Source of the DNA: Squalus acanthias
Lineage: Eukaryota
Reading direction: 5' to 3'
Assembly (NCBI GenBank): GCA_030390025.1
Contig: CM059432.1
Span: 87,360,001 to 87,424,000 of the forward strand
Length of the DNA: 64,000 nucleotides
The translations under genes and the position numbers were made by a program. Position 1 is the stretch's first letter. Each line of letters starts with the position of its first letter. Shown in pieces: positions 1 through 10,649 of the stretch. The notes beneath the pieces were generated by a model. The model saw nothing but the letters and a program-made list of their open reading frames with translations. It was not told where the DNA came from and searched no databases.

Positions 1-792
1 AAGACCTTCACGCATCTGCAGCAGAGCTCGTCTACGGTCAGCCGCTGCGCGTACCCGGCGAGTTCCTGCCCACCGCCACGACACCCTGGTCAGCCGACCA
101 GCAACGCCACGACTTCGCCTCACCGGCGCTGCAGTTCGCCCCGGTGCCCATTGGCCGACACGGCGAATCCACCTCACACATCCCACTAAGCCTGCACCAG
201 GCACGGTTTGTTTTCGTCCGGCACGACGCCCACCGCGGACCCCTTCAACCCCCGTACGACGGGCCCTACAAGGTGCTACAGGCTGGGGACAAATTTTTCA
301 CCCTGCAGGTGGGCGACAGGACCGAAAAAGTGTCGGTTGACCGACTCAAGCCAGCACACTCGGAGCCCGGTGAGCAGGTCCCTGTAGCTCGTCCACCTCC
401 ACGCGGCCGACCTGCCCTCAAGCCGGTTCACCCGGCTGCTCCACGCCCGGCCGTTCCACGTCCACCGGCGTCCTACAAGAGCCGCTCCGGCTGGCCCATC
501 AGACCGCCGCACCGTCTCGTCCACACCTCCTAAGCGGATTCTGGGGGGAGCTGTGTGGCGGATCGCCACCTAAACGGGCATTATCCACTTTTCCGTCCGT
601 GGACAAATATCGAGCACCTTGCCTTTAAGGCACTTTACCTTTAAGGCAGGAGTGGGTGGGGCCTCAGGGTTTTTCCAGAGAATTCTGGGAGCAGTCTGTT
701 CAGCCTTTTTCGACCATGCAGTTGTACTAAAAAGTCTCTCGTTTTCCACACATGGATTCAGTCTTAATTCGTGTTTTGCGGCAGCCTCAACA
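1..792 (+). mobile_element. 3' end of a Gypsy LTR retrotransposon (integrase C-terminus, polypurine tract, 3' LTR about 554-792)
   Basis: Open frame <1..533 (DLHASAAELVYGQPLRVPGEF...LQPPYDGPYKV...VSVDRLKPA, GPY/F module); GGGGGGAG tract at 543-550; TG at 554, CA at 792, after which the other element's integrase resumes. Confidence 0.88.
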
Positions 793-1276
793 ATACCATT
801 TCTTGTACTTAACGCCCTTTTCCCCCGGTAACTGAATCAAATAAACCACGGGGTTCAATCTATAATCGTATGCGGTCCCCACCACCTGGGCTCAAAGGCA
901 TGCTTCTTTTTCCCATAATTTGGAATCATTACGGTGTCCCCCACCTGATACTTGTCAAAGTACCTTTTAATTTGTCTTTTTGACTTTCCCAATTTCGTGG
1001 CCACAAATTGATTCATTTGATCGGTGTGATCTACCACTTGTTCCAGCCACTTGGAACTACATGGTTCCATTGTCAAGGGGCTCATCCCCGTTGGTGTTAG
1101 CTGGCCTGGCGTTCTCATGAGTCTGCCCGTCATGGCCTGATATGGGGAGACTCCTGTTGTTTTATGAGGTGTGGACCTCATTGCCATTAAGCACATTGGT
1201 AGCATGTTAGCCCATTGAGTGGGGTGGTCTGCACACAATTTTTTTAACATTAACTTGAGGGTCCTGTTCCCCCTTT

Positions 1277-2946
1277 TGTAGAATTCGCAATATTATCGCG
1301 ATTTTATATAATAAGGAGGAGACACATAGTTTCGTACAAACAGCTTTATTTCAGCAGAATGCTGTCAGGTTGTCAAAGTGGACACAAGCAGCCTGTAAAA
1401 TGGCCGCCACGCCGCGTGGCAGAACGTTCTAGACTTTTCGATAAGCAGACAAGATGGCGTTCCAATAAACATTTGTGCGAGATCGGACAAGACTCAGCAC
1501 ATTTAAGATAATTCACAAGACATAATGGGTTTGCATTTTACACATAAATACTGGAATCGGTCTCCCAGGTGCGAATAAGGGCTATTGTACCAAGCGATCA
1601 AGAACCCATCCAAAGACATTAATATGCAAAATCCCCACGACTCTACGATGAGAGAGCCGTTTGCGGGTAGTTACAGAAACATCTGGAAGCCCCAAAACCC
1701 CTCTAGGGAGAATACTGACCGGTTACACAATGGGAGAAGTATTAACGGGTACTCAGGCAGTTACAAGTATCACCGAAACCCATTAAACGGAGATCACCCT
1801 ATACAAGAAGTTTGAGCGCCAAAACCCTGACAAAAGAAAGACATTAAGATTGGGCGGGAAAAGAGGAATTACAGCACTATAACTGTAAGGTACAACCGTC
1901 CATCTGTCTCTTGACTCCTTGCCGCTTACCTCGTGTCTCTGCCTCTTGCAGCTCTTGCTGTTTGACTTGCTGGAAGACTATTGAACTTTCTGATCCGCCA
2001 GGATCAACCTCGTGGCTTGCCGCGAAGATCCGTGTAGAACTGGGCTGTGAGGCCTTAACACGGGCACACCATCCCGAAAGGTCGGTAAATGGTGTTGGAA
2101 CCGAAGGCCCGAGATGAGATGAGATGAGATGAGATGAGAAGAGAAGAAGACGACAATACGTATCGCCACGGTCAGTAAGCCCCGACCGCGCCTGTAGGTC
2201 GAATAAACACTTTCCTTGCCCAGGAAGACTATTCTTTGAGTTTTACAAACTGGCATGAGGGCACAGGAAGACCATTCTTCGAGTTTTATCGCATCAGGGC
2301 GAGGGCACAGGAAGACTATTTTTCGAGTCGTGTCGGAACTCCGAGGACAACACAGATCTTCATGACAGCAGACGGTCCAGCCTGCTAGCCGGAGCAGAAA
2401 CGAGTAAACAAGTGGGGTACAGAGACCCCTGATCAACACGTGGGTGGTCAGGTGCTGCGGTAAAAACATCCGAGCAGAGTTTCGGAATTCTCCGAGTTAT
2501 CACGAGTGGTGAGCATGAGTCTCGATCCTACAAATCTAGTTTAGGACAGGTATTGATAGGGGAGGGTTTAAGTTTTAAGGATAATTGTAATGTGTGTCCC
2601 CTTTTACGATGTGTCGTGCGCTCCTCGTTTCCCTAAAATTAGCTACATAACTGCGTGTAAGATTGTACTGTCATTAATCTGTGCTTATGACATGTATTTC
2701 GTAATCTTGAATAATATGCAATAAAGATTTTCCATTTCGCACTATTCAACCGGGTCTACCTGAGTTTTCTCTGCATTATTGCTCTCGCACCTAAGTCCAG
2801 TGTCAGAACCGTAAGGGCGAGTGGGTCGAACCACTCACAGGTGTCTAGTGTTACCAGGCTGGCTGGAGACCAGAACAGGCAACAAGGCCTAACCTCGCAC
2901 TAGCACCCAGGCTACGCACAGAGCCTCAGGCGTGTCACCCCTTACA
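1277..2946. mobile_element. 1670-bp solo-LTR-like insertion in the integrase
   Basis: TG..CA ends; 4-bp TSD CTTT (1273-1276, 2947-2950); removal restores QSSGGVE-R-GNRTLK; internal (GAGAT)n and AATAAA. Confidence 0.85.
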
Positions 2947-3101
2947 CTTTCGACCCCTCCAGACGACTGGAGGTGGTGAGCAATATGTAGTTTGTGTTTT
3001 ATCCCCAACATTTCCTGCAGGTGGGTAAAAATCTTACCGGTAAAGTGCGAACCTTGAACACTGTCCACTTGTACTGGTACTCCCCACCTACAAAACACAT
3101 G

Positions 3102-3845
3102 GGCCCAGAAATTGATCTCGCTCTGTTCCCGCGGGGGTAAGCCTTCCCCGCGATGTCTCACCTCGCTTATGCTTTTTCTGATCCAGCTCACACGAAATTG
3201 ATGTTCCAGACATCAGCTGTGCTGGGCTTGCGTATCCCAGCGGCGTAGTTAATTCGTGCGAGCTGTGGGATCACGTGACTCAGTTAGAGCCAATGGCAGC
3301 ACACCATCTTCCATTCATAAGTCTCACAGCATGGCTGTGAGACTTATGAATCTTACACCCCCCCAAAATAACAGCTAAACCTCAATTAAATTTAAAAAAA
3401 ACCCCATCACATTAATAAAATAAGTATAGTTAATTAAATTAACCATTTTAAATAAAAAATTAAATTTTTGAAAAAATTTAAAATCTTTTAAAAAGTTATA
3501 AAAATAAACTTACCTGTCTTTAAAGTCTATAAAAAAGATATACCTGTAAAAAAAAATTCAAAAAAATACTTAATTCACTACTTACCTTCTTAAAAGCGGG
3601 TCTTACTCCTCCTTTTTACATTTCCAAAATCTTCCCTACTTACCTGCGCGTCCAAAGCATGAAGTGCACAGCGTGCGCGCAGCCTGTAGTGCGCACGCGA
3701 TGCAGCCAGGCCCCGCCCCCTTTTCGGAAGAGCAATTGCCGGTTTTCAGCGCATGCGCAGGGCATGCAGAAAACCGGCAATTGGAGTGGGAATACGCGAG
3801 AGTATGCAGTGCGTACTCTCGCGTCCCGGGATCAATTTTCGGCCC
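3102..3845. mobile_element. Non-autonomous Harbinger-type MITE (744 bp) in the integrase
   Basis: 16-bp imperfect TIR GGCCCAGAAATTGATC / GGGCCGAAAATTGATC; 3-bp TSD ATG; removal restores AKTLLNH-VFCRWGVP; AT-rich core. Confidence 0.85.
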
Positions 3846-5410
3846 ATGATTTAATAGTGTTTTGGCTGCCGTGATTGCGGTGTTGGAGCGGCAGGGGAAT
3901 GCTTCGATCCATTTAGTGAACTGATCCACTACCACTAGGGCATGCTGAAAATTGCCTTGCGCCTGTGGAAGTGGCCCAATGAAGTCTATCTGGAGGTGAG
4001 TCCATGGCCCTTGAGGTGGGGGCGCGCTTTGAAGCAAGGCTCGGTTAGTGCACGTGGGAGGATTGTGCTGCAGGCACGGTAGGCATCGTGCCACATATAG
4101 GTTGATTGTTTCGCTCATGGAAGGCCACCAAGCTGTGGATGCTACCTTATAGAAGGTTACCAGGGCCGAATAGTGCCCTGCCGTGGGGTGGGAGTGAAAG
4201 AGGGAGAGCAGTTCCTGACCCACCTCTGGTGGAACACACACCACCGGGCAGGCGTATGGCTTTCTTTTGAACATCAGCAACTGCTCCGCTGAGTCAGGGG
4301 CAGTGGCTAGTATGGTATTGGGGGCCCAGGCTGTCGGTTGAGGAAGGGGTCTGCCTTCCTCGTGCCAGGTGCTTACAACGGCATATGGCCAGTATCGCTG
4401 CTGCAGGGATTTTAAATCTAGGTGATCTGTTGGTGAGCCCTTGCTAACAGCATTGCAGGGCTCAACAACTATATCCTCTATCTCCCCATCAATCGCAGCG
4501 TCCTTGGCTGCTCTGTCTGCTCTGGAATTTCCCTCACTATGTGGACCCCCTTTTCGATGGGCTGCTGTCTTTCCTATGAAGCAGGGCTGGGATCGCTGTT
4601 TAAGGTATGACCAGAGCAGGCGTAACCAGGGCCCATGGACCAGGGCCTTACCGTCTATTGTACGGTAGTCATTTTTGTGGTATAGGGGCAAGGAGAGCAT
4701 GGTGTTTATAGCATAGGCACTATCAGACCAAATAGTCACGGGTCTATCTGAGGTTTATTTCACGGCGGTAAGAATTGCGGCGATTTCCGCATATTGTAAG
4801 GACTGTCGGTTGCATTGTCACTGGATGGTTCTCTCTGGCAATACCACAGCAACCCGGTGTGGGGGGATCCCTTGATGTGATATGAGGACCCATCGATGTA
4901 GACATCTGGGTCTCCCTGTATGGGCTCTTTCTGCACAGGATGGGTCTCAAAGTTAATCAGGGGTAGCGGACATTCATGCGGCTCCCTCTCATAAACCAGA
5001 AATTGTGGCAGCAATGTGGTGGGTTTGGAAATGATACTAATGTCTCTTTCCATAAATTCCAATGTCCATTTGCTGAGGCGCGGCGAGGAAACTAGCGAAT
5101 CTCCAGGTTTCATCAGTAGGTTCAAAGGCGTGTGAGCGCTGTGAAGGATGGTAGCTTGTAGCCCGGAGATAAAGGTAAAATGATGTACCGCCCAGAAGAC
5201 AGCCAGCAGGTGGCGCTCGCACGCGGTATACGTCTTTTCTGCCCCCTGCAGGAGTTGAGACGCATATGCAATGGGTTGTCGTCGATTAGCTCATGTTTGG
5301 CACAGAACTGCGGCGAGGCTTTGTTCTCTGGCCCCGACCTCCAAATGGAAGGGCTGCGTGGGATCCGGAGGAATCAGACATGTGGCCTGTGTCACTGCAG
5401 TTTTTAATTT

Positions 5411-5514
5411 GAGAGGTCGCACAACACCAGGTTATAGTCCAACAGTTTTATTTGAAATCACAAGCTTTCGGAGCTATCGATTTGCTCCTTCCTCAGGTGA
5501 AGTAAATTAGATCA
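5411..5514 (-). mobile_element. Short Penelope-type terminal fragment with hammerhead motif, inserted in pol
   Basis: Flanked by TTTTTAATTT direct repeats; removal restores MAKLK-TAVTQATCL; nearly identical to 55437-55540. Confidence 0.8.
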
Positions 5515-6957
5515 TTTTTAATTTTTAATTTTTAATTTGGCCATGGACTGGGTGTGAGCATCAGTCCATGCCGGGCGTATGTCATCACCCTGCAGTTTTA
5601 TCAAATCATACAGGGGCTTTGCGCACTCTGCAAAGCCTGGGATAAAGTTCCTTTGGTACCCCACCAAACCCAAGAATGATCGTAGGGCTGTTTTGGAAGT
5701 GAGTAATGGTAGTCGCTGTATTATCTCCACCTTGTGGGAGTTGGGGGATGGTCCCTCTGGAGAAATGGACACTCCCAGAAAGGTGACCCGTTCTTTTACC
5801 AACTGAGCCTTACGGGGATTCACCTTTAGCCCCACCTGAGCCAACAATATCAACAGTTTGTGCAAAAGGGACAGATGCTCCTCCATGCTATCGGTTGCCA
5901 GCAGAAGATCGTCTACGTACTGTAGCAAGCAGGTAGGGCGGGAAAAGTCTTTTAAAACTGCAGCCATTCTTTAGTGGAAGATCGTGGGGGCATTGTGGAA
6001 CCCCTGAGGCAGGCATGTCCAGGTGTAGCTCTGGTCCTCAAATGTGAACGTGAATTTGTACTGGTCCTCTCTTTTAACAGGGATACTCCAGAATCCATTG
6101 GCGATGTCGATGGTTGAGAAGTACTTGGAACCAGCAGGAATTTGAAATAATATGGTGGGAGCTTCTCTTACTACCGGTGAGCAGGCTGGCGTTACAGAAT
6201 TTAACTTTCTGTAATCAATAGTCAGTCACCAGCTGCTATCAGGCTTTTTAACCGGCCATGTGGGTGAATTGGTTGTGAAAGTGCCTGTCCTAACAACACC
6301 CTTCTCGACTAGAGATTTTATGGTGTCTCGGATGTAAGGGTGACTCTCCCTTGGGATGGGGTATTATTTGGTGAATGAGTGCGGGGGTCCCTCAATAGAC
6401 TCTTCGCCTGCCATTTTTCCACAATCGTGCTTGCAAGTGGCAAACACCGCGAGGTGTTCCTGAATTAGTTTTGCCACAGCTTCATTTTCGCTCCCCGGAT
6501 GGTCATACTCGGATGGCTTTTTAATAGCAAAAACAGAGTGAGCATCTGAAATTTCTATCACTTTTGCATTATTTCTCAATCCCATTCAAACACAGTCCCG
6601 ATTGTAATCTATTACCGCGCCATACTGATCCAACACACCAGTCCCTAAAATTCCCCTTCCGTCGGGGGTGGTCATCAGCATCGGCGCTGGGACCTTGCAG
6701 GTGAGGCCTCCCAACTGAAGTTCAGAGGTCTTCCCCGTATACGCGGTGGTTGTATCACCATTAAACCCTTTAAGGGCCATACAACCCTTGCCCGCTGCTG
6801 CATGGCATTCAGGGTTTGGGATGATGGTAACGGCTGAGCCAGTGCCTATAAGCATAATCTGCTGCCGGCCCCCTTTTAAGACAACAAGGACTACTGGTCT
6901 CCCGCTACCATCACATAGGAACCCCACTTCCGACCAATCTTTGGGGGCCAAACGCTG

Positions 6958-8670
6958 TCATAGGGTGGATCCTTGGAGGGGTCCCTCCAATGGGTGTGCA
7001 TTGACAATAGGATTTTGCATTCCCAATGGGTGTGCATTGGCGATTGCGTGCACCGGTAAATGATTTTGCATCCCCCCCGTGACAATTTGGGCTTTCATGA
7101 GGGTTATCAACTGGTCCAATCGTTCATCCGTCCCAGAGGACTTGGATTCGTCCTTTTTTAGAAGGGTAACTAACTGAGCCAATTGTTGTTCCATCCCAAA
7201 GGGTTTGGGTTCATCCCTCGGGAGGTATCTATGCGTAGCATCGTGGTCCCGTGCCTGTCTGGGTCTCCTGCAGTGTTTTGCTAGGTGACCTTCCTTCTTA
7301 CAATTAAAGCACTGTCCCCTAAAGGGGTAGTACCTAGATCCCTCCACTGCTGACACTGGTTTCTTTGCGGTGGGTGGTGACTGCACCTTTAACTGGTCTT
7401 TTACCATCTCCCAGGCTCTTTGAACGTTAGTCTCTGTATCTATCCACTGATCGGTGGGCCTCACGGCTATGCCCAGGGTGGTTTTAACTAAAGAGTGGAG
7501 TTGGGTCAGGAACATCGTTTTGAATTGTTCCCGATTCTTTCCTGCTGCAGCATGTGCGGGTGCCTGGTTCTGGGGACGTTCATAGATATCGTACAGGCGA
7601 TTACTGAAGGCTCTAGGGGTCTCATCTGGGCGCTGTTTGGTCTGACTAAGCATAGCCACTAAGTTTAAGTTTTGGATTCCTAAATGGTTTAGGATCTCGG
7701 TCACGACTACACTGGTCACTGTGCCACGCTGGAGGATCGCGTCTGGCAGATTATTCTTTAAAGAAGTGGAACAGGCCAAGAGGAGGACTCGTGTTAAGCC
7801 TCCCTCTTCTAACTCGAGGTGACCCCTCCTGAAATCTGCCCACCTCCTATTAACTACCAGTGAGTCATCCCCATCATTAATGGGCCCCAACTCGTGGCTA
7901 CATGCCGTGGCATCAGTACCAGATATGGACCGTGAGTCGGTATGGTTACTAGTGATGTGACCATGCACATTACGCCGTAAAGAGGTGGTCACTACTGCTA
8001 CGGTTGGCCCTTGTGTCTCCAAGGTATTCAATCCTTCACTGCCCTCCTGGGGATTATACTGACTGCCTTCCTCTTCCCAATCTGTCTCCCCCTCGTCCCT
8101 TTCTGTTGTCTCTGTTATGGCTCCCCGTGTTACTGCGGATACTAGAGCTTGTTGCTGCCTTAATTTACTTTTTAGCCGCACTATTTCTAGGTGGCACTGG
8201 GAGTGGTCTGCCTCCCTATGTGGCTTCTTAATTGCTTCCCTTAATGCACCCCTAATGTCGTCTACTTCCGGCCGGAGCCCCAGGTTTTCCAATTTATATT
8301 TTTTGAGCTCTAATCTTGTTTCATTTGCTGCCGCGACAGCTGCTCCTGCATTTAAATTTGAGAGGCTTTGTTGCTGTAACAACAAAGCTGCCTGCTCGGC
8401 TCCTCTTTCTAGTTGCCTGATACTGTGGCCTAATCGATCGATTTCTTGTCTCAAATGTTGTATTTCTCCCTCCTTTAACTGCCTAACAAGCTGGATGCCT
8501 TCTTCTTTCTGTTCTTTCATACTTTGAATTTCCTTTTCTTTTAGTTGAATCTCTTTGACTTTTAGTTCTTTTAAATCTTGTATCTCTCCCTTTAAATCTC
8601 GAATCTCTTTTGCATCCTGCCTCATTAATTCCTCATCTCTCCGAGCACAGTAATGTGCCCCGAACGCCAA
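6958..8670 (-). CDS. gag: Gag-like ORF (570 aa open; true N-terminus degraded, probably near 8885)
   Basis: N-terminal heptad coiled coil; capsid-like QRPDETPRAFSNRL; zinc knuckle CFNCKKEGHLAKHC. Confidence 0.85.
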   Translation of the reverse strand: MAFGAHYCARRDEELMRQDAKEIRDLKGEIQDLKELKVKEIQLKEKEIQSMKEQKEEGIQLVRQLKEGEIQHLRQEIDRLGHSIRQLERGAEQAALLLQQQSLSNLNAGAAVAAANETRLELKKYKLENLGLRPEVDDIRGALREAIKKPHREADHSQCHLEIVRLKSKLRQQQALVSAVTRGAITETTERDEGETDWEEEGSQYNPQEGSEGLNTLETQGPTVAVVTTSLRRNVHGHITSNHTDSRSISGTDATACSHELGPINDGDDSLVVNRRWADFRRGHLELEEGGLTRVLLLACSTSLKNNLPDAILQRGTVTSVVVTEILNHLGIQNLNLVAMLSQTKQRPDETPRAFSNRLYDIYERPQNQAPAHAAAGKNREQFKTMFLTQLHSLVKTTLGIAVRPTDQWIDTETNVQRAWEMVKDQLKVQSPPTAKKPVSAVEGSRYYPFRGQCFNCKKEGHLAKHCRRPRQARDHDATHRYLPRDEPKPFGMEQQLAQLVTLLKKDESKSSGTDERLDQLITLMKAQIVTGGMQNHLPVHAIANAHPLGMQNPIVNAHPLEGPLQGSTL

Positions 8671-8989
8671 GAGACCGTTTGCCTGTTTTGGGCCTTAGCT
8701 TTCCCTCATCTACCCTCTCCTGGATAAATGACACGAGCTCCCAAAAGGACGCATGTTGGCCCTTACAGATGCATCATGCCCATAACTCTTGTAAGTCCCT
8801 TATGGACACCTTTTCGTATATTTTTTCATGGTAGGCTACAACTACGTCTTTCACTGGCATTTTGTATGCCCCTGATCCCTTCATCCTGTGTCTTTTGAAT
8901 TTACTTTTAAACTTCGCACCACAGGTTAGAATCGCAACTCCCGAAATTTTCCAATTGTTTAAAAGAATGATCTAAAGCTGTCTCGCCAG

Positions 8990-9007
8990 ATCCCGGACGA
9001 GCCCCCA
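8990..9007 (-). promoter_or_regulatory. Primer-binding site complementary to tRNA-Pro
   Basis: Minus strand reads TGGGGGCTCGTCCGGGAT, the canonical 18-nt PBS-Pro. Confidence 0.95.
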
Positions 9008-9011
9008 GTTT

Positions 9012-9677
9012 TGTAAGCTTTTTATTTCGACTGGCATTAAATTGACAGCAAGACCAGTTCTTTTGAAACAATTTGGAATAAGTTTATTAAACACACACAC
9101 TCATGCACATCAAAACAATAGCCTACTGGTATTTATGGACTCTACTCGATTACAACACGTAAGGTAATGGGTTAGATTTACAGAGACTGGTACTTCCCTG
9201 AGTCAAGCAATGCACGCGACCTTTTTCCTTGCTTCTTGGTCTGGTCTGTAGAGGGAGGGCTTCTTGTTTTTCCACGTGGTTGTCCAGAGAGAGAGAGAGA
9301 GCCTTTGGGTTCCTTGTTTTATATCTTTTTAAGTCCATTGTCTCTACTCTAAATTGCTAAGACCCCATGATTGGGTCTCAGATTCATGGCAGTTCTTGAT
9401 TGGCTTTCCTTTGAACATGTGTCTGTCTGCAGTGGCTGGTGCCATTTCTTGCTTAAGTTAATTGTTTGTTGACACCTTTTAGTGGCTCTTGAGTTTCGAT
9501 GGTGAGTTTCGATGGTGTCTCTGTGGGGGGTTATCCTGTTATACAGGTTTCCTTTGTTAAGTTTCGCGCCGTTGCCTTACCCAGGGGAGATCCATACACA
9601 TCAAATTTATCTTTATTACATACATCTTACATTAATAGTCTCGAGTCACATACAAAACATATATTTTTATTCTTACA
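9012..9677 (-). repeat. 5' LTR (666 bp) of the retrovirus-like element
   Basis: 6-bp terminal inverted repeat TGTAAG/CTTACA; minus-strand TATAAAA near 9317-9323 and AATAAA at 9083-9088; PBS 4 nt downstream; LINE sequence begins at 9678. Confidence 0.85.
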
Positions 9678-10420
9678 GCTGTTCACTGATGACTGCACAG
9701 TGTTCAGCTCCATTCACAAATCCTCTGATAATAAAGTAGCCCAGCAGAAATGGACAACATTCAGGCTTGGACTGACAAGTGGCATATAACATTTGCATAA
9801 GTGCCAGGCAATGAAAAAAGCAAAATTCCCTGATCTTCAATGACACTACCGTCACTGAATCCCCTATCATCAACATTTTGGCGGTTATGGTTTAACTGGA
9901 TGGTGCTCTGTGACAAATGACTAACCACCTGACCCCTCAAAGCCCTTTGACCATCTACATGGCTCATGTCAGGAGTGTGATGGAATACTCACTACTCTCC
10001 TGGATGGGTGCAGCTGCAGTGACATTTCAGAATCTCAACACCATCCAAGACAGAGCAGTCATTTGATTGTCACCCTTTGCACTGGACTCAGTATCTATCC
10101 TCCTCCATCACAGTGCACTGTGGCTGCAGTATGTATTAGCTACAATCTACAGGATACACTGCAGCAACTCATTATGCTAACTTTTATGGTACTTACCTCC
10201 TCGTGATCTCTAGCACCGTGAAGGACAAGGGCCACATGTTGCGGGAACACCATCACCTCCAAGTTCCCTTCCAAGGTACACACCATGCTGACATGAACAT
10301 GTATCTCTGTTTCTTCATCATCACTGGATCTGTATCCTGGCTTTTCCTAACACCATTGTGGGAACACCATCACTACAAGGACTGCAGCATTTCATTAAAA
10401 GGCCCATCACAACCTTCTTT
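9678..10420 (+). mobile_element. Degraded 3' fragment of CR1-group LINE (same family as 20035-23140)
   Basis: LFTDDCTVFSSIH motif; similar to 22300-23100. Confidence 0.7.
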
Positions 10421-10649
10421 AGTTTCCAGCAATAATCACATCTAGGGAACAAATGAAAAAAAAGACTCCTGTATTGACATATTGGGATAAATGTCTCTTG
10501 CAGCAGCAACTGGTTGTGTTCTGTATCCTCTTCATGCCCCTGCTGCCCTTTAGAGCCTTCTTTCTCTGAGCATTCAATGACAAGGCCTTTTTGTAAGTCA
10601 AAATTATGCAACATGCAATACAGCACTATTATCTGAAGTACAATTAAAA

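Larger units (their letters stand above)
793..6957 (-). pseudogene. pol: Interrupted pol (protease, RT, tether, RNase H, integrase)
   Basis: PR LIGTGSAVTII (Asp to Gly); RT TIDIANGFWSIP..YTWTCLPQGFHNAP..QYVDD; tether ACERHLLAVFWAV; RNase H VYIDGSS..QYAEIAA..IWSDSAY..GNSRAD; IN HSHPTAGH..CLPC..LQIDFIG..SSGGVERGNRTLK..WWGPH. Confidence 0.9.
793..9677 (-). mobile_element. Decayed endogenous retrovirus-like LTR element (5'LTR-PBS-gag-pro-RT-tether-RNaseH-IN); 3' part outside window
   Basis: LTR with TGTAAG..CTTACA ends, PBS-Pro, Gag CCHC, RT LPQG/YVDD, two RNase H domains, HHCC plus DDE integrase; in-frame stops and four nested insertions. Confidence 0.92.

Noticed and set aside
1978..2469. 163-aa minus-strand ORF as a possible accessory gene
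   Set aside because: Lies inside the TSD-bounded solo LTR and crosses a microsatellite; no recognisable motif
3636..3845. Cys-rich C-terminus of the 367-aa ORF
   Set aside because: Read-through from integrase into the MITE, not a real domain
5990..6590. APOBEC-type hypermutation as the cause of pol stops
   Set aside because: Most inferred stops are C-to-T (CAA to TAA, CGA to TGA) and many TGG codons are intact
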